Shown here piece after piece: positions 15,701 through 22,511 of a DNA stretch of 24,000 nt. This DNA is from Alphaproteobacteria bacterium. Its GTDB lineage: Bacteria > Pseudomonadota > Alphaproteobacteria > DSM-16000 > Inquilinaceae. The stretch's first letter is position 1. Every line of letters starts with the position of its first letter. The DNA is taken from assembly GCA_028281925.1 (NCBI GenBank), contig JANQIX010000110.1, positions 46,271 to 70,270 of the forward strand, read 5' to 3'. The notes beneath the pieces were generated by a model. That model saw only the letters and a program-made list of their open reading frames with translations, was not told where the DNA came from and searched no databases. Both the position numbers and the translations under genes were made by a program.

Positions 15701-18700
15701 GCTGCACCTTCAAACGCTTCGTCGCTGATCAGGTTGTCGCGGCTGCTGTCCGCGATGCCCAGATCGATGGCCAAGTCGAGTGCCAGTGTGGCTTCCGACG
15801 TGACCGTCTGCGTGATGCTATCGGTCAGCCTGAAGTCGAAGCCACCGACCCCGATGATCGCATTGTTGATACCGAGACCGTTCACGTTGCCGTTGTTCTG
15901 CTGAACGCTGGTCACGCCTTCGACACCCTCGAACGCGTCGTCGGTGATCGTGTTGGCACGCGCACCAAGGACATTGAGGTCGGCATCGAGAGCCAGGTTG
16001 AAGATGATGTCGGTGCTGGAGCCGGCCACCTGCGTGACGTCGCCGAACGGCCCCAGTTGGGCTCCGCCGGCCACGCCGACGACCGCACTGTTGATGTCCA
16101 GCGCGTTCACGTCGCCGTTGTTCTGCTGCACGCTGGTCATGCCGGAGATGCCGTTGAACGACCCCGCGTCGATCGTATTCGTGCGGAAGCCGAGGATGTC
16201 GATCGCACCGTTGGCGGTGAGGTCGACTTCCGACATGGCCGTCTGGGTCACATCCGCGCCGATCGCCAGCGCCCCGTCGGTCAGGCCGACCACGGCGTTG
16301 TTGATGCCGAGCGAATTGACGTTGCCATTGTTCTGCTGCGCGGCGATCAGGCCCGACGTCGCGAGGAACGCCGCATCCGTGATCGAATTCGTCCGTGCGC
16401 CGCCCAGGACGTCAGCATCTACCACGAAGCTGCCATCGATGCTGACGGTCGACGTGGCCTCTTGATCCACGAAACCGACTGCACTGAGCGAGAACCCGGC
16501 CACACCCACGACGGCGTTGTTGATGCCCATCGCATTGATGTCGCCGTTATTCTGCTGGGCGCTGACGATGCCGCTCGCGAAGGCGAACGCCCCCGCATCG
16601 ATATCGTTGTCCCGCACGCCGCCGAAGAACAGGGTGACATCTGCGGCCGTGTTGTCCAGCAGGCTGACATCAGACGTGGCGTCCTGGAACACGAAGCCGG
16701 TCGCGCTGAGCGCGATGCCTGTGGTCCCGGAAACCGCATTGTTGATGCTGAGCGCATTCACATCGCCGTTGTTCTGTTGAACGCTCAGCAGACCGGCTGC
16801 AGCGACGTTGGCGATGTCGCTGATGTCGTTGGTGCGCGCACCACCACCGAAGATGCCCAGATCGATGGCCGTGTTGCTGTCCAGCTCTACGAGCGAGCTG
16901 GCCGACTGGACGATAGCGAAGGTCGCGCTCGCCGACAGCCCAACCGTTCCCATCACTGCGTTGTTGATGTTCAGCGCATTGATGTTGCCGTTGTTCTGCT
17001 GGGCATTGATGACGCCAGCCGCCGTCGCGAAGGCAGCGCCATCGATCGTGTTGTCCCGGTCACCGCCGCCCAGGGCGCTGACGTCAAGCGCGCCACCCAG
17101 GGTCAGGTCCGTGTCGGAACTCGCCGTCTGGAACGCCACGCCAGTCAGGCTGGCAGAGGCGCCGACACCGCCGATCACCGCATTGTTGGCGCTGATGGCA
17201 TTCAGGTCGCCATTGTTCTGCTGAACATTGACAACTCCAGCGAAGCCAGCGAAGGCGCCGTCCGTCAGTGTGTTCGTGCGGTCACCGCCAAACACGCTGC
17301 CGTCCACGGCCAGCGTGAAGACAGTGTCAACTGACGAGGTGGCGTCCTGATCCACAAGGCCATTGGCCGTGAGGGTCAGGCCGTTGGCGCCGACGACCGC
17401 ATTGTTAACGTCCATCGAGTTCAGGTTGCCGTTGTTCTGCTGAACGCTGGCGATCCCGCTGCCGCCTGCGAAGGCAGCGTCGTCGATGGTGTTGGTCCGC
17501 GTACCCTGGATGTCGATCGCAGCCGCGATGGCGTTGACGACAGTCGAGGATGCATCTTGCGTGATGAAGCCGAGCTGAGCCAGAGCGCCGGCCGACACGC
17601 CAACCACCGCATTGTTGGTGCTGATGGCATTCAGGTCGCCGTTGTTCTGCTGAACGTTGACGATGCCGTTTGCGCCGGTGAAGGCAAGGTCGGTGAGGGT
17701 ATTCGTCCGATCACCGCCCAGGATCTCCAGATCCACCGCCACGTTGAAGGCGAGCCCGCTGTCTGAGTCGGCAGTCTGGATCACCGGACCACTGGCGCTG
17801 GCGCCGAAGCCCGCAACGCCAACGACGGCACTGTTCACGCCCATGACGTTCACGTTGCCGTTGTTCTGCTGGACAGTGGTGATCCCGTTGGCCACCAGGA
17901 AGGCGCCAGCGTTGACCACGTTCGCGCGATCACCACCCCCGATCTGCACATCCAATGCTGCATCGAACAGCAAGAAGGCATCCGATTCGGCCACCTGCGT
18001 AACGATGCCCGTTCCCGTCAGGCCGAGGCCCGCTGTTCCGAACACCGCTGTGTTGGCAGAGATCGAGTTCAGATCGCCGTTGTTCTGCTGAACATTGACG
18101 ATGCCGTCCGACGCGATCGAGGCGATGCCCGTGATCGTGTTCAGGCGATCGCCACCACCCAGCAGCCCGACATCGATTGCCGTGTCGCCCAGGAGCGTTG
18201 CCGTGGAGGTCGCCGACTGATCCAACGTCCCGGAGAGGCTTACGCCGGCGCCGGACGCACCGACGATGGCGTTGTTGATGCCCATGGCGTTCAGGTCGCC
18301 GTTGTTCTGCTGAACGTTGACGACACCATCCACCAGCGCAAAGGCAGCACCACCGACTACGTTGCTGCGTGCGCTGCCGCCGAGGAAGTCGAAGTCGACG
18401 GTCGTGCTGAGAGCGATATCCTGATCCGAGCCGGCGGTCTGCGTCGTCGCCCCAGCAGCACTGATCGAGATACCCACGGCACCCATAACCGCGTTATTGA
18501 TGCCGAGTGCGTTCAGGTCGCCGTTGTTCTGCTGAACGTTGGCGATACCGTCGAAGACCGAGAACGCTGTACCGGTGATCACATTGTCTCGGCCACCGCC
18601 GCCTAGGAGATCCAGGTTCAGCGTCGCACCCAGGGCCAGATCGACATCGGAAGTCGCGCTCTGGTCGACGGTCGAATTCAGGCCCAGGTTGATCCCGATC

Positions 18701-21700
18701 GCGCCGACCACGGCGGAGTTGGCGTCGATCGAGTTCAGATCACCGTTGTTCTGCTGCACGCTTGCGAGGCCGGCTGCTCCGGAGAAGGCCGATCCGCTGA
18801 TGGAATTGTCGCGGGCGCCGAACCCAAGAGCATCGACATCGATCCCCGCATTCAAAGCGGCATCGACGGTCGAGCTAGCGGACTGATCGATAGCGCCGAG
18901 CACAGCCACGTTGATACCGCCGCTGGAGCCAACGACGGCATTGTTGATGTCCATGCTGTTGAGGCTGCCGTTGTTCTGCTGGATAGCCGCGATGCCGTTG
19001 GCACCGGCAAACGCCGCACCGTCGATCGTGTTCTCCCGATCGCCGCCCAGATCGATAGCCAAGTTGATCAGGAAGTCGACGTCGGAAGCCGCCACCTGGC
19101 TTATGCCACCGATCGCACCCGTGAGGCTTGGCGCCGTGGCCCCGAGCACCGCGTTGTTGATCTGCAGCGCATTCAGGTCGCCGTTGTTCTGCTGGATGTT
19201 CGCGATACCTGCGGCGCCGGTGAAGGCACCCGTGATCGTGTTGCTGCGGTCACTCAGCAGGTCAAGCGTCGCGTTGACGGTCAAGAGAGCGGTCGAAGTG
19301 GCCGACTGCACGACCGGCACACCTGACAGCACGATGGCCGGGCCGATCGAGCCCACCACGCCGTTGTTGGTCTCAAGCGTGTTCAGCGTGCCGTTGTTCT
19401 GCTCGATATTGGCGATGCCCGTGGCACCAGCGAACCCACCGGGAATCGTGTTGGTGCGCGAACCGAACAGATCGGCCGTGGCGCCGAAGGCCACGATCGC
19501 CGGGCTGTTCACATCCTGCGTGACGCTGGTCGCGACACCAAGCGCACCGACCACGGCGTTGTTGATCTGCAGCGAGTTGAGGTCACCATTGTTCTGCTGA
19601 ACGTTGATGATCCCGCTCGCGCCATCAAACGCACCGGCGGCGATCGTGTTCGTCCGCGTCGTGGCAATGCCGATCTCCAGATTGCCAGCCAGCGTCGTCA
19701 GCTCAATCGTCGAACTCGGGGTCTGCGTGATCGCACCGGTCGCACCGGTCACGCCCACCACCGCGCTGTTGATGTCCATCGCATTCAGGCTGCCATTGTT
19801 CTGTTGAACGCTGGCCACGCCCGTGAAGCCGTCGAAGACGGGATCGGCGATGAAGTTGTCGCGGGTACCCGCGATGTCGACGGCCAAGTTGCCCAGGATC
19901 GACACGGTCGTGCCGACGTCCTGATCGATGGCACCGGTGGAGCTAGCCACACCGACGATCGCAGTGCCGATTGAGACAATGTTGGCGTCACCGTTGTTCT
20001 GCTGGACGTTCGCCACGCCCGCGGCCCCATTGAAGCCGTCTTCCAGCAGGTTGGACCGGACGTCGCTCGGGTCGACCGCGACCGAGCTCAGGATATCCGC
20101 CGTCTTGACGATGTCCTGATCGATGGCGCCAGTCGCGCCGACGATGCCGACAATGGCATTGCCGATGACGATGGCATTACCGCTGCCATTGTTCTGCTGA
20201 ACGTTGAGAACGCCGGTCGCACCGTTGAAGGACCCACCGGCCAGGCCGATGTTGTTGTCCAGCGTGGAGGAACCGACGCGGATCACCTCAACATCGTCGA
20301 CTTCGGCATCCAGCGTGACGGCCTGCGTGATGCTGCCGGAACCGCCGAGGCCCGCGCCGAGAGCGGCCGCATCGCCGGCGATCGCGCTGGCGACCTGGAT
20401 GGCATTCGCATGGCCGTTGTTCTGCTGAACGGTGACCACGCCGGCGGCATCGGTGAACGCTTGGTCGATGTCGTTGCTGCGGTCGGCGCCGCTGCCCGAA
20501 ACATCGATGTCGACGATGAAGCCATCGAGCGTGGCGAAGGCATTCGTGGTCTGCGAGATCGCCCCGCCCACTGACGCCGTCGCACCGATGACCGCATTGG
20601 CCACGTCCATCGCGTTGGCGTGACCGTTGTTCTGCTGCACGGTCAGAACACCCGACGCGTCGCGGAACGACCGTTCGATCAGGTTGATTGCCGTCGGGAA
20701 GCCGATATCGTCAACATCGGTGCTGCCCAGAACGGTGGAGAAACTGCCAGCCGTCTGATCGATAGACCCGATCGTGCCGCCAGGTGACGCCAGCCCCAGA
20801 ACCGCATTGGCGTTGGAGATGGCATTGCCATCGCCGTTGTTCTGCTGGGCCGTAAGGACACCGCTGAAGCGGTCAGCGGAGTTGATGGTCAGGTTCCGAT
20901 AGTCGGTTGCATTGGAATCCGCGCTGGTCAGGAGGATCGTCGAAGCCGACGTCGCGTCCTGTGTGACCGCGCCGTCCACGCCGCCGGTGATACCCGCAAT
21001 GGCGTTGGCGATCCCCATCGCATTGCCATCGCCGTTATTCTGCTGGACAGCCGCGAGACCGACTGCGTCGTCGAACGCCCGGCGGATCACATTGTTTCGA
21101 TCCAGCGCAAACGCAAAGCTGCCGGGCTGCGTGTTGGTCGTGTTCAGGGCTATGGTGCCGCCGGTCAGGGCCGACTGCGTAACGGCGTCCGTGTCTTCCG
21201 GCGAACCCAGAAGGACGGCCGTCCCGCCGACGAGACCGGTAACTGCATTGGCAATGCCCATGGCGTTGCCGCTGCCGTTGTTCTGCTGAACCGCCATGAT
21301 GCCGGCGGTGGAATCGAAGGAGTCGCGGATCCTGTTCCGGCGATCGGTACCTTGATCAACCGTGTCAACGAGGACCGAAAGGCCGACGGTCGAAGCGGTG
21401 TTGGTGATGGCGCCGACATCCGCGATGGCTGCAACGATGCCGTGCGCTGCCGTTGCAACGCCCATCGCATTGATGTCGCCATTGTTCTGCTGCACATGGA
21501 TGATGCCGGCAGCGCCATTGTAGGAGCTGTCTTGGACGAAGTTCTGCCGCTCCCGCGTGGCGTCGGAGCCGTCGCCGATTGCGGTCGCACTGCCAAAGGC
21601 GACGATATCGGTGACCGCAGCCACGGTCTCGATGTCAGCGCCGTCGGGTGCCAGGTCGCCATTCACCGCGATGGCGCTACCGAGCACGTTCCCGTCGCCA

Positions 21701-21924
21701 TTGTTCTGCTGGCTGACCAGGACACCTTCCGCACCCAGCGTGAACGAATTGAGGATCGTGTTGAGCTCACCGCCCGATCCGCCCGCAGACTGATCATCCA
21801 CGACGACACCGGAGGCGGAAGACGCCGTGACAGAGGCACTCGCCAAACTCTGCGCCTGTGCAGCGGCGCCGAAGCCGATCGTCAGAGCCAGGAGGGACAC
21901 GCCCCCTAAAAGAGTATTCCTCAT
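12733..21924 (-). CDS. Giant (3,063 aa) Sec-exported repeat protein with 42 QNNG-core repeats; candidate fibre/adhesin or functional-amyloid-like subunit
   Basis: One uninterrupted 9.2-kb ORF. ATG at 21922-21924 with GGGAGAGG upstream. Signal peptide [24 protein letters not shown]|QS. I counted 42 occurrences of the core x(V/I/A)(Q/T/E/F)QNNGxxN, each inside a ~65-77-aa unit such as (D/T)R(T/D)N(T/x)Ixxx(A)Fxg(A/x)xG(I/V)xxVQQNNG(D/N)xNAxxINNAVVGxxG...(T/D)Q...D. The composition is dominated by A/G/N/V/S/T/D/I/L/Q, and I saw no Cys or Trp on reading. The protein ends right after a repeat (...GVVSVTQNNGSGNVISSSISVTASFTRP). Confidence 0.9.
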   Translation of the reverse strand: MRNTLLGGVSLLALTIGFGAAAQAQSLASASVTASSASGVVVDDQSAGGSGGELNTILNSFTLGAEGVLVSQQNNGDGNVLGSAIAVNGDLAPDGADIETVAAVTDIVAFGSATAIGDGSDATRERQNFVQDSSYNGAAGIIHVQQNNGDINAMGVATAAHGIVAAIADVGAITNTASTVGLSVLVDTVDQGTDRRNRIRDSFDSTAGIMAVQQNNGSGNAMGIANAVTGLVGGTAVLLGSPEDTDAVTQSALTGGTIALNTTNTQPGSFAFALDRNNVIRRAFDDAVGLAAVQQNNGDGNAMGIANAIAGITGGVDGAVTQDATSASTILLTSADSNATDYRNLTINSADRFSGVLTAQQNNGDGNAISNANAVLGLASPGGTIGSIDQTAGSFSTVLGSTDVDDIGFPTAINLIERSFRDASGVLTVQQNNGHANAMDVANAVIGATASVGGAISQTTNAFATLDGFIVDIDVSGSGADRSNDIDQAFTDAAGVVTVQQNNGHANAIQVASAIAGDAAALGAGLGGSGSITQAVTLDAEVDDVEVIRVGSSTLDNNIGLAGGSFNGATGVLNVQQNNGSGNAIVIGNAIVGIVGATGAIDQDIVKTADILSSVAVDPSDVRSNLLEDGFNGAAGVANVQQNNGDANIVSIGTAIVGVASSTGAIDQDVGTTVSILGNLAVDIAGTRDNFIADPVFDGFTGVASVQQNNGSLNAMDINSAVVGVTGATGAITQTPSSTIELTTLAGNLEIGIATTRTNTIAAGAFDGASGIINVQQNNGDLNSLQINNAVVGALGVATSVTQDVNSPAIVAFGATADLFGSRTNTIPGGFAGATGIANIEQNNGTLNTLETNNGVVGSIGPAIVLSGVPVVQSATSTALLTVNATLDLLSDRSNTITGAFTGAAGIANIQQNNGDLNALQINNAVLGATAPSLTGAIGGISQVAASDVDFLINLAIDLGGDRENTIDGAAFAGANGIAAIQQNNGSLNSMDINNAVVGSSGGINVAVLGAIDQSASSTVDAALNAGIDVDALGFGARDNSISGSAFSGAAGLASVQQNNGDLNSIDANSAVVGAIGINLGLNSTVDQSATSDVDLALGATLNLDLLGGGGRDNVITGTAFSVFDGIANVQQNNGDLNALGINNAVMGAVGISISAAGATTQTAGSDQDIALSTTVDFDFLGGSARSNVVGGAAFALVDGVVNVQQNNGDLNAMGINNAIVGASGAGVSLSGTLDQSATSTATLLGDTAIDVGLLGGGDRLNTITGIASIASDGIVNVQQNNGDLNSISANTAVFGTAGLGLTGTGIVTQVAESDAFLLFDAALDVQIGGGDRANVVNAGAFLVANGITTVQQNNGNVNVMGVNSAVVGVAGFGASASGPVIQTADSDSGLAFNVAVDLEILGGDRTNTLTDLAFTGANGIVNVQQNNGDLNAISTNNAVVGVSAGALAQLGFITQDASSTVVNAIAAAIDIQGTRTNTIDDAAFAGGSGIASVQQNNGNLNSMDVNNAVVGANGLTLTANGLVDQDATSSVDTVFTLAVDGSVFGGDRTNTLTDGAFAGFAGVVNVQQNNGDLNAISANNAVIGGVGASASLTGVAFQTASSDTDLTLGGALDVSALGGGDRDNTIDGAAFATAAGVINAQQNNGNINALNINNAVMGTVGLSASATFAIVQSASSLVELDSNTAIDLGIFGGGARTNDISDIANVAAAGLLSVQQNNGDVNALSINNAVSGTTGIALSATGFVFQDATSDVSLLDNTAADVTLFFGGVRDNDIDAGAFAFASGIVSAQQNNGDINAMGINNAVVGVAGFSLSAVGFVDQEATSTVSIDGSFVVDADVLGGARTNSITDAAFLATSGLIAAQQNNGNVNSLGINNAVVGLTDGALAIGADVTQTAMSEVDLTANGAIDILGFRTNTIDAGSFNGISGMTSVQQNNGDVNALDINSAVVGVAGGAQLGPFGDVTQVAGSSTDIIFNLALDADLNVLGARANTITDDAFEGVEGVTSVQQNNGNVNGLGINNAIIGVGGFDFRLTDSITQTVTSEATLALDLAIDLGIADSSRDNLISDEAFEGAAGLTSVQQNNGDINALAINNAVVGAVGLSFNATGTVVQSITSADLLALNAAFDINILSGGDRENLIDSMAFAGSAGVVNAQQNNGNINAMTINNAIVGVSGLAAIGAGSVDQSVSSSAAHVFEAGIDISLLLGDTDTNTITGSAFSGSDGVATVQQNNGDLNSITANTAVLGAAGFALSAVGEVDQVVSSDTLHLLDATVDLEFLTLGTEVATNTIDGGAFSGSNGIATVQQNNGNLNAIGANSAVVGLAGGVLLQAAGLPVDQTITSDADIIATLDADIDILISGETRTNLVGGTAFSGSAGIANVQQNNGNLNAMQINNAVLGSADGLLLGPTGTVTQTIGSAGTVAGNLTFDLNLISAGGTRTNTIGGGAFTGPGTGGIATVQQNNGDVNVMTANNAIVGSTGFLSDAAQEITFVETVVSFALVSAADDVRTNRVEPGAFDGFAGVVDVQQNNGDANVMIEDVAVLAYVGNGPENVDQTIDAASGTNQVSDLTVLSDNSLRLNDLTSAFVGYSGVATIQQNNGDGNVLAAATALVGDADDEETLTVDQTISLDGVPPTLSGLTFGSAATPDGARTNLLVGGAFDDASGIVTAQQNNGGGNFIFSGTAVFGSGPGATANNVTQSVDMSVDIEDIITFVDTESPRLNTITDSFDSYTGTLTVQQNNGDGNAMFSAIAVSADVRTGQAGATPAAESSTQSLIRAFGTVSEVDDGAILESNLRDNDIVADSFDGASGVVSVQQNNGTGNVIGTSIGVVALVDADDIDTVASVVEAGGDVSGLVFGAPGDRQFFGNRSNFIDASFDGAEGIFAVFQNNGNGNVATTAIGVSATLGDNADVAGSSTVSSDVTGTVGAPGAPIEIYQQLGAVGPDNTISDSFESFQGVATVTQNNGDANVLGTAVSVGAEQVGSGGAPSGDVGFGTAVSTATLAGATSNVTVDTVIPAGSTGLNNTITDSFNGAAGVVSVTQNNGSGNVISSSISVTASFTRP
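12775..21715 (-). repeat. Array of 42 diverged tandem coding repeats, period about 195-240 bp
   Basis: On the + strand the 12-mer (G/A)TTGTTCTGCTG (the reverse complement of Q-Q-N-N codons) recurs at, for example, 13471, 13702, 13906, 14128, 14335, 14536, 14770, 15001 ... 21276, 21481 and ~21701. The flanking sequence is diverged, so these are imperfect repeats rather than recent identical copies. Confidence 0.9.
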
Positions 21925-22161
21925 TTAGCCTCTCCCGTTTCGCGTTGGCCGTCTGCCGACGGGGTTTACACTTCGGTTTCCGCTCGATCTGAGCGCGCTC
22001 ACCCCTGAATCGCTCGGAAACCGGGGCCGCACCGGCGGCCCCCTTCGGGCATCCCGATGCACTTGCGCTCTGAACTAGCAAGTCGCATGCCAGAACGGGC
22101 TACACGCTTTAGGAGATTGATATTGTTGGGAAATTGCGCTCAAGAACCGAGGAGATCGGCC

Positions 22162-22178
22162 GTTAACTCTTTGTTAAC
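22162..22178. promoter_or_regulatory. CtrA-type box 1 (GTTAACTCTTTGTTAAC = TTAA-N7-TTAAC, matching on both strands)
   Basis: Read directly: TTAA + CTCTTTG + TTAAC. Lies 238-254 bp upstream of the giant gene's ATG, in a locally AT-rich intergenic region. Confidence 0.5.
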
Positions 22179-22257
22179 CTGTTCACATTTGCGAGGACAG
22201 CGAATCGATCGGCTGGCTCGGTGAGCGGAAAACCAAGGGATTCCAACGGGGCAATTA

Positions 22258-22274
22258 GTTAACAAAGTGTTAAC
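22258..22274. promoter_or_regulatory. CtrA-type box 2 (GTTAACAAAGTGTTAAC)
   Basis: TTAA + CAAAGTG + TTAAC, also matching on the opposite strand. Forms a 16/17-nt inverted repeat with box 3, separated by 13 bp. Confidence 0.5.
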
Positions 22275-22287
22275 GGCACCGGTAGGC

Positions 22288-22304
22288 GTTAACACTTTGT
22301 TAAT
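22288..22304. promoter_or_regulatory. CtrA-type box 3 (GTTAACACTTTGTTAAT; perfect TTAA-N7-TTAAC on the minus strand)
   Basis: The reverse complement is ATTAACAAAGTGTTAAC, i.e. TTAA + CAAAGTG + TTAAC. Confidence 0.5.
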
Positions 22305-22511
22305 AAGTAGGAGTCCTATCTAAGTGCCGAGTCTAAATGCCGAGAGGAGCAATCGCGCCTGCCCGGGCAGACCGCATGGCAGGAGAGGATCTCGCCTTGC
22401 ATATCGAGGAGATTCAGAAATCCGTTGATCGGCTTGTCGGCTGATGGCACCCACCGATCGCCGGCAACTGAAGGGCGCCGCCTGTGCCGACGACGCCCTT
22501 CGTGGTCTTCC

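Noticed and set aside
12775-21715. Regularly spaced short conserved DNA motif (about every 200-230 bp) that could superficially suggest a CRISPR array or satellite.
   Set aside because: The conserved element is only ~12 nt, the spacing is too long and too variable, and everything lies in one open reading frame. It is a protein-coding repeat, not a CRISPR array.
12664-21909. Many + strand ORFs inside the giant gene: 12664..14157 (497 aa), 14464..15405, 16057..17334, 21352..21909, and a series of 60-230-aa ORFs all ending in ...PLFC.
   Set aside because: They are antisense shadow ORFs of a GC-rich gene. The recurring ...PLFC* ends arise because the antisense of the Q-Q-N-N codons (CCGTTGTTCTGCTGA) contains a TGA. 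Their products are low-complexity R/G/A/V strings, and only the minus frame is continuous for 9.2 kb with a signal peptide and an RBS.
12733-21924. Giant protein as an RTX/T1SS adhesin, an autotransporter, or a TpsA two-partner-secretion exoprotein.
   Set aside because: It has a classical N-terminal Sec signal peptide. It lacks GGxGxD nonamers, a C-terminal T1SS-type region, a C-terminal beta-barrel and an N-terminal TPS (NPNL) domain. The window has no ABC/MFP or POTRA-TpsB genes.
21925-21990. Search for a double-glycine EL..GG motif in the giant protein's N-terminus (aa 25-60, SAGGSGG).
   Set aside because: Gly-Gly pairs exist, but the -12/-11/-8/-7 consensus positions (L S . . E L) are absent. 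I do not claim the giant protein is a C39 substrate.
22470-22501. 8-bp stem (GAAGGGCG / CGCCCTTC) just downstream of the PG-binding gene, considered as an intrinsic terminator.
   Set aside because: The loop is 16 nt and no U-tract follows on the transcribed strand. This is too weak to call.
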